Both the position numbers and the translations under genes were made by a program. 64,000 nt of DNA from Candidatus Bathyarchaeota archaeon RBG_16_48_13 (lineage in GTDB: Archaea > Thermoproteota > Bathyarchaeia > RBG-16-48-13): positions 110,971-174,970 of the forward strand of contig MEZH01000007.1 of the NCBI GenBank assembly GCA_001775995.1. Direction: 5' to 3'. Of this stretch, positions 47,365 through 56,551 are shown one piece after another. The notes below the pieces were generated by a model. That model did not search any database, was not told the origin of the DNA, and saw nothing but the letters and a program-made list of their open reading frames with translations. Each line of letters starts with the position of its first letter. Within the stretch, counting starts at the first letter, position 1.

Positions 47365-47820
47365 TTATGATAAAAGATATTTCTTTTCAGTAGGCTTTTC
47401 ATAACTGATCAGCTCTTGAGACAAGAAGAAAATCCGAGTCTCCCTATTTGCACTCTCTTGACTGTCTGAAGCATGGATTACGTTGTCTTTCGCTATTTGA
47501 GCGTAGTCAGCTCTTATGGTTCCTGGCTCAGCTTTTCCAGGGTCGGTGGCGCCGATCATCTTACGTATCTGGTTCACGACATCCACGCCTTCCACAACCA
47601 TGAGAACCACTGGACCAGATGTAACGTGATCTACAATGGAGTCGAAGAATGCTTTGCCCTTGTGCATCATATACAATTCTTCAGCTTCTTTCTTTTCCAT
47701 CTTGTGCAATTTGGCTGCACTTATTAAGAATCCTTTCTTCTCTATCCTGGAGACAATCTCGCCAATTAATCCTCTCATTACTGTTTCTGGTTTCAAAAAT
47801 ATGAAAGTCCGTTCCAACAA
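47365..47820 (-). CDS. ndk: Nucleoside diphosphate kinase
   Basis: ERTFIFLKP, PGTIRADY, NVIHASDS. Confidence 0.96.
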   Translation of the reverse strand: MLERTFIFLKPETVMRGLIGEIVSRIEKKGFLISAAKLHKMEKKEAEELYMMHKGKAFFDSIVDHVTSGPVVLMVVEGVDVVNQIRKMIGATDPGKAEPGTIRADYAQIAKDNVIHASDSQESANRETRIFFLSQELISYEKPTEKKYLLS

Positions 47821-47826
47821 GGGAAT

Positions 47827-48018
47827 CTAGACCTTCTCTTCCTTTCTGTAGTATGAGGTCCACTTCAGTTTCCTTGGATCTCTCTTAAGTTTCAGCAAAC
47901 ACTTGTTACATTTGCTGGAACAAAACCAGAAAATAGCACCGTCATTCTTGACGTACATTGATCCAGTGCCGCTAGGAAATTCATTTCCACAAAAAGAGCA
48001 GCGATGAGCCTTAGGCAT
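47827..48018 (-). CDS. rpl24e: 50S ribosomal protein L24e
   Basis: CSFCG, FCSSKC, RDPRKLKWT. Confidence 0.96.
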   Translation of the reverse strand: MPKAHRCSFCGNEFPSGTGSMYVKNDGAIFWFCSSKCNKCLLKLKRDPRKLKWTSYYRKEEKV

Positions 48019-48038
48019 TTCGCGTGATCCCCCATTAT

Positions 48039-48260
48039 TTAGCGGATCTTCTTAGCTTCTCTCTCTGTTTCTCTGAGCATCAGTATGTCGTTTGTTCGAA
48101 CGGGCCCCTTGACATTCCTTGTTATAATCCGTCCTTTGTCTCGACCTTCCATGATGCGCACCCTGACTTGACTGACTTCGCCGGTAACGCCTGTCCTACC
48201 TATGACTTGGATCACTTCCGCAGGAGTCGCAGCTGAGATCTCTTTCTCCGAGGAACTCAT
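48039..48260 (-). CDS. rps28e: 30S ribosomal protein S28e
   Basis: [16 protein letters not shown]. Confidence 0.97.
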   Translation of the reverse strand: MSSSEKEISAATPAEVIQVIGRTGVTGEVSQVRVRIMEGRDKGRIITRNVKGPVRTNDILMLRETEREAKKIR

Positions 48261-48276
48261 AGATTACTCTCACCTG

Positions 48277-48648
48277 CTATTTCTTCAAAGCCTCTAGGCG
48301 AGTCGCAATCTCTTCTATCAAAGCTGCTGAGTTGCCAGGTTCTACAATGCACGCCGAAGCTGCAGGAACGTCTATACCTATTGAGGAACCAAGCTGATTC
48401 TTGTCTGGAACGTATATGTAGCCTATTTTCCTCTCCTCACATAATAGTGGGAGATGCGCCACGACTTCCGGTGGTTCAGCATTCTCGGCTATCACGACGA
48501 GTTTCGCAATTCCTCGTTCCACGGCCTTGGTTGTTTCATTGGTTCCTTTCCTTATCTTTCCTGTGTCTCGAGCTATCTGAAGAGCTTCATAGGCCGCTTC
48601 TGCCAATTCCTTTGGCACATTAATCTTTACGTAGAACGGTTTAGACAT
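48277..48648 (-). CDS. rpl7ae: 50S ribosomal protein L7Ae
   Basis: [21 protein letters not shown]. Confidence 0.97.
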   Translation of the reverse strand: MSKPFYVKINVPKELAEAAYEALQIARDTGKIRKGTNETTKAVERGIAKLVVIAENAEPPEVVAHLPLLCEERKIGYIYVPDKNQLGSSIGIDVPAASACIVEPGNSAALIEEIATRLEALKK

Positions 48649-48778
48649 GGGCCTCTCCTCCCTTTTAATGCTGGAAGATGGAATGAACTACTTCTACTTA
48701 TGAATGTTTCGCCTTTCTTACTTCAAGAATGAGGTTGAACAGGAACTTCCGACCAAGCTAGGAATCGGGTTGGGATTC

Positions 48779-50524
48779 TCAGTTGTGGGAAAAGAAGGCA
48801 TCAATTTCATGGTCTTTCTTGTCTATTCTGACGAAACCGAATCTAATGAATTGAATTACCGTTCCTACATCTAGCTTGGTGCACTGTAATTCGGCCAAAC
48901 CTTCTTTCGTGGTGCCGTCAGGCATTAATACACGAGCAGGAAATGTATCTTCTAATTGTAACCATTGAAGTAGCGGTGCGCTCAGACCCTTGGCATCTCG
49001 GTGATCAGTACTGTGGTAAACACATTGAACACCTCTTTCACCAGACTTCATTACTCTCAGATTACAGAGGTCGATTAGCCTAACGTATTTTGATTCTTCC
49101 AGAAGCTTCAGATCTTCCCTAGAAACCAGCAGAGTAACGCTCTTGTCAGGTTCCGGGGTTATGCTGAATCTCTTGAACCCGCGAGCTGAAAAGTCTGGAT
49201 GTCTGGGAATTTCATTTTCGATTTTCCCGGGCATATTGATGATGGTCAGATTCACAGGGTCGCTTACGAAGATATACCTATCTGATAACGGATCGACTAG
49301 TTTCTTGTTTAAAGCATATAAATTGTCCAAAGGAACAGTTACCTCGGATAGACTCAAGCCGAATTCCAGAACGAATTCCCTCAATGCTTCAGGTCTTATA
49401 CCTCTTCTCCTGAGTGATTGCATACTCCAAGTCTGTGGATCATCCCATCCAGAGTAGATTTTGTTCTCGATCATCCGTCTAGCCTTGGTCTTGCTAAGTT
49501 TGGCCCCAGATATCTGAAGAAGACCATGGTGAATTATCTCAGGCTTACTCCATCCGAAAAGGTTCCACAAGAAAATTTCCATCATGTCCTCGATGACTAG
49601 ATCCTTACCTCTCAGGATATGGGTTATTCCCAAGAGATGATCATCTATGGCCCAAGAGAATTCTAACATTGGCCATACTATATACCGGTCACCGACTCGT
49701 GGATGGACGCGTCGAGATACTCTCAGAAGTACTCTGTCCCTGAATGCAGGATTAGGATGTTTCATGTCTGTCTTTAACCTGACCACTGCTTCTCCTTCAT
49801 CGTAAAATCCGCCGAGCATCTTGTCCCATCCGTCAAGATTAGTCTCCCTGCTCGAATTTCGACAAGAGCATTCATCCCCTAGTCCTCGATTTCGGCGAAG
49901 CGTCTCAGCTTCACACAGGCAAACATATGCAAGATTTCTTTCGAGAAGTATTCTGGCCCATTCATAGAAGAAGGAGATGCGGTCAGATTTGTACACTATC
50001 TTGTCTACATTGACACCCAACCAGTCCAAGCCATCTTTTATCAGATCATAAGCTTCTGGAACAATATTCTTCTCAACAGAGCCTATAGTGTCATCATAAG
50101 CCAGTATGAGTTCTCCTCTGTAGCGCTTCACATATTCGTCGTTCAAGATCGCCATCCGCGCATTTCCTATGTGAAGCGGACCGGATGGATATGGAGCGAG
50201 CCTCATAACAATCTTGGAATACATATCAGCATTTGGCAACGCAGGGAGTGTCTTGACCTCCTTCTCTTTCTTCTTTTGTTCCAAGAGCTTGGGCGCGAGT
50301 CTTGATAATTCTTTCAATCGATCTTCTTGTGACATGTTATTTACGGTGACAACCGTTTCCTCAGCGATCTTCTTCATTTCTTCCGCCGGGATGGCGCCTC
50401 CAGTTTCAGCCATTAAACGTCCATGGACAGCTTCAGCTCTGGCTTTGCCCCCAAACTTTGCAGCGTTGGCTAAGGCGTATATGTAAGCATTTTTTCGTAT
50501 TGTATCTAGGTCACTGATGCTCGT
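48779..50524 (-). CDS. gltX: Glutamate--tRNA ligase; start proposed at ACG 50524
   Basis: RLAPYPSGPLHIG (HIGH), RGKDL, LSKT (KMSKS-like). In-frame upstream segment IRKNAYIYALANAAKFGGKA resembles the archaeal GluRS N-terminus; the start position is inferred. Confidence 0.93.
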   Translation of the reverse strand, partial: TSISDLDTIRKNAYIYALANAAKFGGKARAEAVHGRLMAETGGAIPAEEMKKIAEETVVTVNNMSQEDRLKELSRLAPKLLEQKKKEKEVKTLPALPNADMYSKIVMRLAPYPSGPLHIGNARMAILNDEYVKRYRGELILAYDDTIGSVEKNIVPEAYDLIKDGLDWLGVNVDKIVYKSDRISFFYEWARILLERNLAYVCLCEAETLRRNRGLGDECSCRNSSRETNLDGWDKMLGGFYDEGEAVVRLKTDMKHPNPAFRDRVLLRVSRRVHPRVGDRYIVWPMLEFSWAIDDHLLGITHILRGKDLVIEDMMEIFLWNLFGWSKPEIIHHGLLQISGAKLSKTKARRMIENKIYSGWDDPQTWSMQSLRRRGIRPEALREFVLEFGLSLSEVTVPLDNLYALNKKLVDPLSDRYIFVSDPVNLTIINMPGKIENEIPRHPDFSARGFKRFSITPEPDKSVTLLVSREDLKLLEESKYVRLIDLCNLRVMKSGERGVQCVYHSTDHRDAKGLSAPLLQWLQLEDTFPARVLMPDGTTKEGLAELQCTKLDVGTVIQFIRFGFVRIDKKDHEIDAFFSHN

Positions 50525-50530
50525 TCGACG

Positions 50531-50535
50531 TCACC
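50531..50535 (-). promoter_or_regulatory. SD sequence GGTGA 6 nt before the proposed ACG start of gltX
   Basis: Minus strand reads AAAAGGTGA-CGTCGA-ACG-AGC. Confidence 0.6.
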
Positions 50536-50552
50536 TTTTGAAGTGCCAGCAA

Positions 50553-51545
50553 CTATTTTCCACGATCTAGGAAGAAATCCACTAGTGCTTCGAGCAATTC
50601 TCTTTCATCGTGGTTCTCGAATATGGAGAGACTCTCTTTTGCTATGAATCCGTATCCAACAGCTACATGTCGGGCATAGTCAATCGAACCAATGGATCTG
50701 AAGAGATCGATAGCTGTACGGATCTCGTCCTGAGTTGAGTTTCTGTTCTTTAGTAAGCACATGATCGCTTTTCTTTGGTTCTCGTCGCTGTTGGCCAAGG
50801 CATGTGTTACTATCAGGGTCTTCTTTCCTTCCCTTAGGTCACTTCCGACTGGCTTCCCTAATGACTTGCCTTCAGCTGTTATGCCCAAGATGTCGTCTAT
50901 GATTTGAAAAGCTATCCCTGCATTGAAGCCATATGATCCCAGGTGTTCCACCTCTGCGTCAGTGCCTTTCCCAGCTATTGCACCTGCCTGAGCTGCCGCT
51001 TTGAAGAGAGCTGCGGTTTTCCCTCCTACCATTTCTATGTATTCTTTCTCGGTCACCCCAATCTTGTCTTCGTACATCATATCCAGAGTCTGTCCTTCGC
51101 ACACCATGACGGCGGCCTCGGTTAGTTTCTTCAAGATCTCGATTAGATCTGCTTTTTCAATTCCACTCGCTAGAGCAACCTCAAAGACCTTAGCGAACAA
51201 AAGATCTCCCGCTGTTATCGCAACGGGTTCTCCAAAACTGACGTGGACTGTTGGGATACCTCTTCGTCGATCATCCTTGTCCATGATGTCGTCGTGGATC
51301 AGCGTGAAATTATGAAACAATTCCACGGCTGCGGCTATTCTGAGCGCGTTGTCCTCTTGTCCCCCCACAACCCTGCAAGATTCAAAAACAAGGAGAGGCC
51401 GAAGCCGCTTTCCTCCAGCTCTTAGGAGGTGACTGGCTGCATCATATAGTGTTCTCGGTTCTCTTTCAGTTCCAAGAGTGGCAAGAATCACTGGGTCGAT
51501 TTTCCTTGAGAGACGCTCAATTTCTGAAACGACATTCTTGCTCAA
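50553..51545 (-). CDS. Geranylgeranyl diphosphate synthase (polyprenyl synthetase)
   Basis: GGKRLRP, LIHDDIMD..RRG, FQIIDD, GKKT. Confidence 0.95.
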   Translation of the reverse strand: MSKNVVSEIERLSRKIDPVILATLGTEREPRTLYDAASHLLRAGGKRLRPLLVFESCRVVGGQEDNALRIAAAVELFHNFTLIHDDIMDKDDRRRGIPTVHVSFGEPVAITAGDLLFAKVFEVALASGIEKADLIEILKKLTEAAVMVCEGQTLDMMYEDKIGVTEKEYIEMVGGKTAALFKAAAQAGAIAGKGTDAEVEHLGSYGFNAGIAFQIIDDILGITAEGKSLGKPVGSDLREGKKTLIVTHALANSDENQRKAIMCLLKNRNSTQDEIRTAIDLFRSIGSIDYARHVAVGYGFIAKESLSIFENHDERELLEALVDFFLDRGK

Positions 51546-51548
51546 ATC

Positions 51549-52649
51549 TCAAGCCCTCGATCTATAAGATTCGATTCCGATACCGCGCGATTTCATGTAT
51601 TCCGCGGTTTTACCAGTGATAACTAAGGGCGCCATTCTCAGGTCCTCCAGATTCCTTGCTCCAACCAAAAACATTGTAGTTTGCAGTTCTTGAATCATGT
51701 AAGATAGTTCTCCCATTAGTGCCTCTTTGCCTTTCAAAGCGTATCTCAGAAGCGGAAGAGCCATACCAACGGCATCTGCTCCCAAAGCTATGGCCTTGGC
51801 GATTTCTTGTCCGTTTCGAATTCCCCCTGAAGCAACAGCCGTGATACCGGTGGCTGACTTGACCTCGATTAAACTTATTGCCGTTGGTATGCCCCAGTCC
51901 CAAAATGACAAGCCGAGTCTCTTATGTATGTCATCGTTAGCCTCTTCAGCACGGTAGTATTCAACAGCTGCCCAACTTGTTCCGCCTCCTCCTGCCACGT
52001 CAATCCCTCTCACTCCAGCTTTTTCAAGAATCCGTGCGACCTCCTTTGATATTCCCGAACCGACCTCTTTGGCTATGACCGGAACATGCAATCTAGAAGT
52101 TAATCTACGGATTGCTGAGATACAACCTCGAAATTCTGGTTCTCCCTCTATCTGAACTGCTTCTTGCAGAGGATTCAGGTGAATGGCCAAGGCATTGGCG
52201 GATATCATCTCGATGGCCTTCTCAGCCTCCTCAATCTTGTATCCTTTCGCAATCTGAGAGGCTCCCAAGTTTGCGATTAGAAGAGTATTTGGAGCCTTCT
52301 CTCTAGCAATTCGGTAAGTATATTCTAGTGAAGGATTCTCTAAAGCGGCTCTTTGGCTTCCCAATCCTAGGCCTATTCTCAGCTCTTCGGCAGTTTCTGC
52401 CAAGATTGAATTCAACTTGGCAGCCTCCGAAGCTCCTCCGCTAATTGCCTCTATCATGATAGGCGCTTTCAGTTTTACTCCAAAGAGAGTCGTGTCCAAC
52501 TGGACATCGCTCAAGTCAATTTCGGGCAACGCATTATGGACTAGGTGAATATCCCCAAAGCAATTAGTGATATTTCTTGCTTGAACGTCTTTTCTTGAAC
52601 AAATTTCGATATGGCTGATCTTTCTCTTTTCGATTTTTCTTTCGACCAA
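51549..52649 (-). CDS. fni: Type 2 isopentenyl-diphosphate isomerase
   Basis: RKISHI, GSQRAA, HLNPLQEAVQ, KEVGSG, GGTSW. Confidence 0.96.
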   Translation of the reverse strand: MVERKIEKRKISHIEICSRKDVQARNITNCFGDIHLVHNALPEIDLSDVQLDTTLFGVKLKAPIMIEAISGGASEAAKLNSILAETAEELRIGLGLGSQRAALENPSLEYTYRIAREKAPNTLLIANLGASQIAKGYKIEEAEKAIEMISANALAIHLNPLQEAVQIEGEPEFRGCISAIRRLTSRLHVPVIAKEVGSGISKEVARILEKAGVRGIDVAGGGGTSWAAVEYYRAEEANDDIHKRLGLSFWDWGIPTAISLIEVKSATGITAVASGGIRNGQEIAKAIALGADAVGMALPLLRYALKGKEALMGELSYMIQELQTTMFLVGARNLEDLRMAPLVITGKTAEYMKSRGIGIESYRSRA

Positions 52650-52661
52650 TATACCGATCTC

Positions 52662-53462
52662 CTAGAGTAGTACGGTACCGATGACGGCCTCGCCTCTAAG
52701 AGCCTTAAGTATCCTCTTAGGTTTCAAGGCGTTTACAAGGATAGCTTCGGCGCCATTTCTCAGTGCCGGAATAAGCTCTTGAAGTTTTCCTCCCATCCCA
52801 CCTGTGACGTCTATTATGTCGGAACGCACATCTAGATTCTTGATACAGCTTCTCTGTTTGGATAGATTCACTCGGTGGAGTAGATTTGAGTTAGGATCGG
52901 TCCTAGGGTTTGACGCATATAGGCCGTCCACGTCAATGCCCATTACTATTCTAGTGGCTCCGAGCTTAATGGATAGGTACGATACTATTTGATCTCCCGA
53001 GAGAACGGTGAATCCAATTTCCCGATCAAACGAGATGTCTCCATAGAGAACTGGAACCAATTCTAGTTGCTGGATATCAAGAACTGCGTCCATGTTCAGC
53101 CAGTCTATTCGACCGCCTTTCGTAACAAAGCAAGAAGAAGGCTGAACTGGAAATGCTGGAACGCCCGCCTCTATCAAAGAGGTCATGACAATGTGATTCA
53201 ATCTGAGCATAGAGAGATGTGTTTTTGCGAGGCCGTAGAGTTGACTGGAGTCTCTGTAACCCTGTTTTATTGAGTACTCTTTGGCGATAGGATGCCCAAA
53301 GGAACCGCCGCCATGAACTATTATCAAAGGTTTGATGTTAGACTTTGCTATTTCTCTGGCCAACCTCCGAATAGTCTTTAAGGCATAAGTGAACGGTTTA
53401 TCCTTCTTGGTTATTACTGAGCCGCCAAGTTTTAGTATTGTGAGATTCATGGAATTAGGCAA
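52662..53462 (-). CDS. ipk: Isopentenyl phosphate kinase
   Basis: LKLGGSVITKK, HGGGSFGH, SGD, DVTGGM. Confidence 0.93.
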   Translation of the reverse strand: MPNSMNLTILKLGGSVITKKDKPFTYALKTIRRLAREIAKSNIKPLIIVHGGGSFGHPIAKEYSIKQGYRDSSQLYGLAKTHLSMLRLNHIVMTSLIEAGVPAFPVQPSSCFVTKGGRIDWLNMDAVLDIQQLELVPVLYGDISFDREIGFTVLSGDQIVSYLSIKLGATRIVMGIDVDGLYASNPRTDPNSNLLHRVNLSKQRSCIKNLDVRSDIIDVTGGMGGKLQELIPALRNGAEAILVNALKPKRILKALRGEAVIGTVLL

Positions 53463-53622
53463 GTCTTCATCCCTCCGTCAAATAATTCAGCTATTATTTA
53501 TGATTCATTCCTCTCGCACTATATTGGTGTGAATTCGAAAAATGCATCTGAGATCGTGACTGACAAATAGTGCCCTCTTGCATAAGCAAGCATATTGTAA
53601 GAACTCATCTCCATGACGTAGG

Positions 53623-54012
53623 TCAGTGCTGGAAAATATTGACGACTCCATCTGTTATTCGGATTAGATCGCCAGTCTTTATCTTTGAGATGTCTATCTT
53701 ATCGACGCATGGTATTTCTGATATGATAGCACCAACGGCGATCACGGTCTCGCATTCTTTGTTTATGATTCCAGCTGGAGCCATGCGGTTCTTTTTCATG
53801 CGATAAAGAGTATAAGATCCTACGGTTGAGCCTTTTCCAGTTGGGAAGACGATAATTTTGCTTTTTATGCTTTTGCCATGCAGTTCATGCCCTTTCTCAA
53901 TTATTTCGCTGGTATTCGGATCTACTCCGCCATAGAATGAAATTGGCTGGGAAGTCACCAAAGCCTCTCCTTCACCAGTCCCTTTGAAAATGATTCTTCC
54001 CCTCAGTTCCAT
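53623..54012 (-). CDS. Aconitase X swivel subunit (DUF126; phosphomevalonate dehydratase small subunit-like)
   Basis: ISFYGGVD, GKGSTVGSY; start moved to ATG 54012. Confidence 0.9.
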   Translation of the reverse strand: MELRGRIIFKGTGEGEALVTSQPISFYGGVDPNTSEIIEKGHELHGKSIKSKIIVFPTGKGSTVGSYTLYRMKKNRMAPAGIINKECETVIAVGAIISEIPCVDKIDISKIKTGDLIRITDGVVNIFQH

Positions 54013-55199
54013 TTTCCGCTCACCGCAGCCTCTATGCATTGTCTTAAACTGCCCATTCTTGTGGCCATCTTGTTTTGTCTTGAGTAGAAGCAGCCTTTGG
54101 CAGAGGTTGTTGCAACTGATTTGAATCGGCCCTTTAGTGGGGCTACAGCCATGCAAGTATCGCAAGCGAATTTTCCTCCGGCCTTCTCGATGATTTCGGT
54201 GTATCCTCTCTTGTCAGCGACTTGTTTCACCAGTCGCGAAGTAGCCACCCAGAACTCCGTACTGAGAGAGATTCTCCTATCTTTCAGTAACTCGGCAATC
54301 TCAGCAATTTCTTTTATCGAGCAATGGGGACAACCTATGCAGACCAGCTCGATATCCGTGACTGGGTCATTGATTTCTTCATATGCTTCCTTAAGGTCAT
54401 TTTCTTCTATCGTGACCTTTTCTTTCGGAGGCGATTGAGTTTCGGACCCCGGCGTTATGTCCTTAATATAAAAGAGCGGTTGCGCTCCATAGGTCACTAC
54501 CGAGGCGCAGAAAGATTTCAGCTCGTCCACTTCTGCATCTTTTATGCCCGTGATGTAGGGTATTCTGTTTTCGGCTTTCTTGCCGATACTGTAGCCGAGA
54601 GCACCCCAATCTGACTGCGTTTTCAAAATGACATTCACTTGCACATAAATATTTGGCGCTCGGTTCTCGTCCAAGTGTAAACCGTATGCGGGCGTCATGC
54701 CAACGAAAGCTGCGGCGAGAGCTGATGGCCCGCCTTCTCGGTTGGTCCTAGCCCCAATGACAGAGTTGGCGAAAGTGACAGCAGACGACTCAGACCAGGC
54801 GATATGTTCTCCATATCTTGGAAGATTGCCTATGAAATATGGCGTGCAAGTGCAAGATGTTATTATCCCCATTTTCCTGAAAGCGTCTATTACTAGATTC
54901 TGTTTTACGGCGAACTCATCACTAATCCCGAGGGTCCTCCAATTCTCCAGATCCATTCCAGCAGGGTTTAAAGTCGTGAGCACTTTGACCTTGCCGTCTT
55001 TTGCCAATTCATTCAGAAATTCTAAACCTGCATCTCCAAGGTTATGATAGGACACGCCTGCCACTTGGACTGACCCTACTCTAATGAGCTTATCTGCTCC
55101 ATAGATGTCTCCAAGGGCGACCAGAATCTCCATGGATTTTCTTACTGCATAACCTTCTTCGCCACTGAGCATTCTCTGTTCTCTTTCTGTTAGGTACAT
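54003..55199 (-). CDS. Aconitase X catalytic subunit (DUF521; phosphomevalonate dehydratase large subunit-like)
   Basis: MYLT..Q.ML.G, CTCTPY, ESSA, TNREGG, GCPHCS, DTC. Confidence 0.92.
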   Translation of the reverse strand: MYLTEREQRMLSGEEGYAVRKSMEILVALGDIYGADKLIRVGSVQVAGVSYHNLGDAGLEFLNELAKDGKVKVLTTLNPAGMDLENWRTLGISDEFAVKQNLVIDAFRKMGIITSCTCTPYFIGNLPRYGEHIAWSESSAVTFANSVIGARTNREGGPSALAAAFVGMTPAYGLHLDENRAPNIYVQVNVILKTQSDWGALGYSIGKKAENRIPYITGIKDAEVDELKSFCASVVTYGAQPLFYIKDITPGSETQSPPKEKVTIEENDLKEAYEEINDPVTDIELVCIGCPHCSIKEIAEIAELLKDRRISLSTEFWVATSRLVKQVADKRGYTEIIEKAGGKFACDTCMAVAPLKGRFKSVATTSAKGCFYSRQNKMATRMGSLRQCIEAAVSGKWN

Positions 55200-55204
55200 G
55201 AAAA

Positions 55205-56512
55205 TCACGTGAATCTTTCAATCTCAACTTCTCGGTATTTTTCCTTCGTGAAACCTTTGTCCGTTTTCCCGAAAGGAATTGTAGCGTCTATCCCCATCTT
55301 GCAGGTAGTTGCCTTTCTTCCTTCAGCCAAATCTCCGGAAGGATCAAGCGATGACCCGGGCTGTTTCGGAAATATGAAGGCGTTCTTGTCTGCCTGAAAT
55401 CGCGTGGCGACAGCCCATTCAACGTCATGTGGATCGTATATATCTATGTCCCCATCCACAATGACGCAGTGTTTCAATGATTTGTGGCCTTCGAAGGCTG
55501 CAACAATTGCCCTTCGTCCATCTTCGGCGTTTTGCTTCTTTATCTGGATGACAGCATGGAGCCAGCTACACCCTCCAGGGGTGATATAGACGTCCTTGCA
55601 TCGGCAAACCTTGTCAACCTCATTAAAGATGGTAGGCTCTTTGGGCATGCCCATCAGGAATTTATGTTCGTTCCTTCCCGCAAGTATTGTCTGGTAGAAC
55701 GGTCTTTCCCGGTGAGTCACACATTTTATTTCTATTACTGGTTGCTGTCGGACCTTGTCCAAGGTTCCAGTTAGGTCTAAGAATGGCCCCTCAGAGGCTT
55801 TTTCTTTCGTTATTCTGCCTTCCAGAACGATCTCACATTCTTTTGGCACCTCAAGGTCCAAGGTCTTACATTTCACCAACGGGGTATCTTCTAGCGCATT
55901 AGCCATTCCCAACTCATCGATACCCTTCGGCAACGATGTTGCAGCCGCCAGGAGAACCGCCGTTGAGTTGCCTATGCATATCGCAATATCTAGCTCACCC
56001 TCGGCCCTGTTGAGAGCTGTGTCTGTACCTCGATCTTCAACGATGCGGGCCAGTAATTTATCGGGACCAAAAAGCATGAGTCTATGGAAACTCATGTTCC
56101 TGCCCAATTCTGCGTCTTTCACTATTGATACAGCTGAGGCGATATATTTCCCGCCGTCTTTTTCGGTGTATCTCATTATTGGCAATCTTGTAAGATCAAC
56201 AGTTCTTTCCACTACTTCCTGGCACTCACCTTTGTCCACAATTCGCGGGGGCGAGGGATTTCTCAGAGCGCTAGATAATTTGTGCAGTAGTTGTTCTTTT
56301 CTGATTGACAATGATCGAGAGATGAGTTCCTTGGAGGAGACGAGACCAGCTACTACAGGTACGCGTGATTCTTTCACATTCTCGAAAAGTACTGGTTTTT
56401 CGCCAAGGGCGTTTATGATTCCTGCCAGTTCGTATTCCGTTGAAACCTGTCGGGTTATTCTTCTTAGCTCTCCAGCTTTGTCGAGTTGCTCTAGGAAACT
56501 TCTGAAACCCAA
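55205..56512 (-). CDS. UbiD-family decarboxylase (anhydromevalonate phosphate decarboxylase-like)
   Basis: EIVLEG, EGPF.D.TG, VDGDID, WAVATR, KMGIDAT; adjacent to the AcnX pair and mvk. Confidence 0.88.
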   Translation of the reverse strand: MGFRSFLEQLDKAGELRRITRQVSTEYELAGIINALGEKPVLFENVKESRVPVVAGLVSSKELISRSLSIRKEQLLHKLSSALRNPSPPRIVDKGECQEVVERTVDLTRLPIMRYTEKDGGKYIASAVSIVKDAELGRNMSFHRLMLFGPDKLLARIVEDRGTDTALNRAEGELDIAICIGNSTAVLLAAATSLPKGIDELGMANALEDTPLVKCKTLDLEVPKECEIVLEGRITKEKASEGPFLDLTGTLDKVRQQPVIEIKCVTHRERPFYQTILAGRNEHKFLMGMPKEPTIFNEVDKVCRCKDVYITPGGCSWLHAVIQIKKQNAEDGRRAIVAAFEGHKSLKHCVIVDGDIDIYDPHDVEWAVATRFQADKNAFIFPKQPGSSLDPSGDLAEGRKATTCKMGIDATIPFGKTDKGFTKEKYREVEIERFT

Positions 56513-56551
56513 ATAAGGTTCATCCTTGTTTGTTATTGGTTCACGTTTTCC

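Noticed and set aside
55755-56516. Long + strand ORFs (also 11576-12163, 40928-41452, 62761-63225; minus 33969-34517)
   Set aside because: Antisense shadows of well-supported genes, with no motifs of their own.
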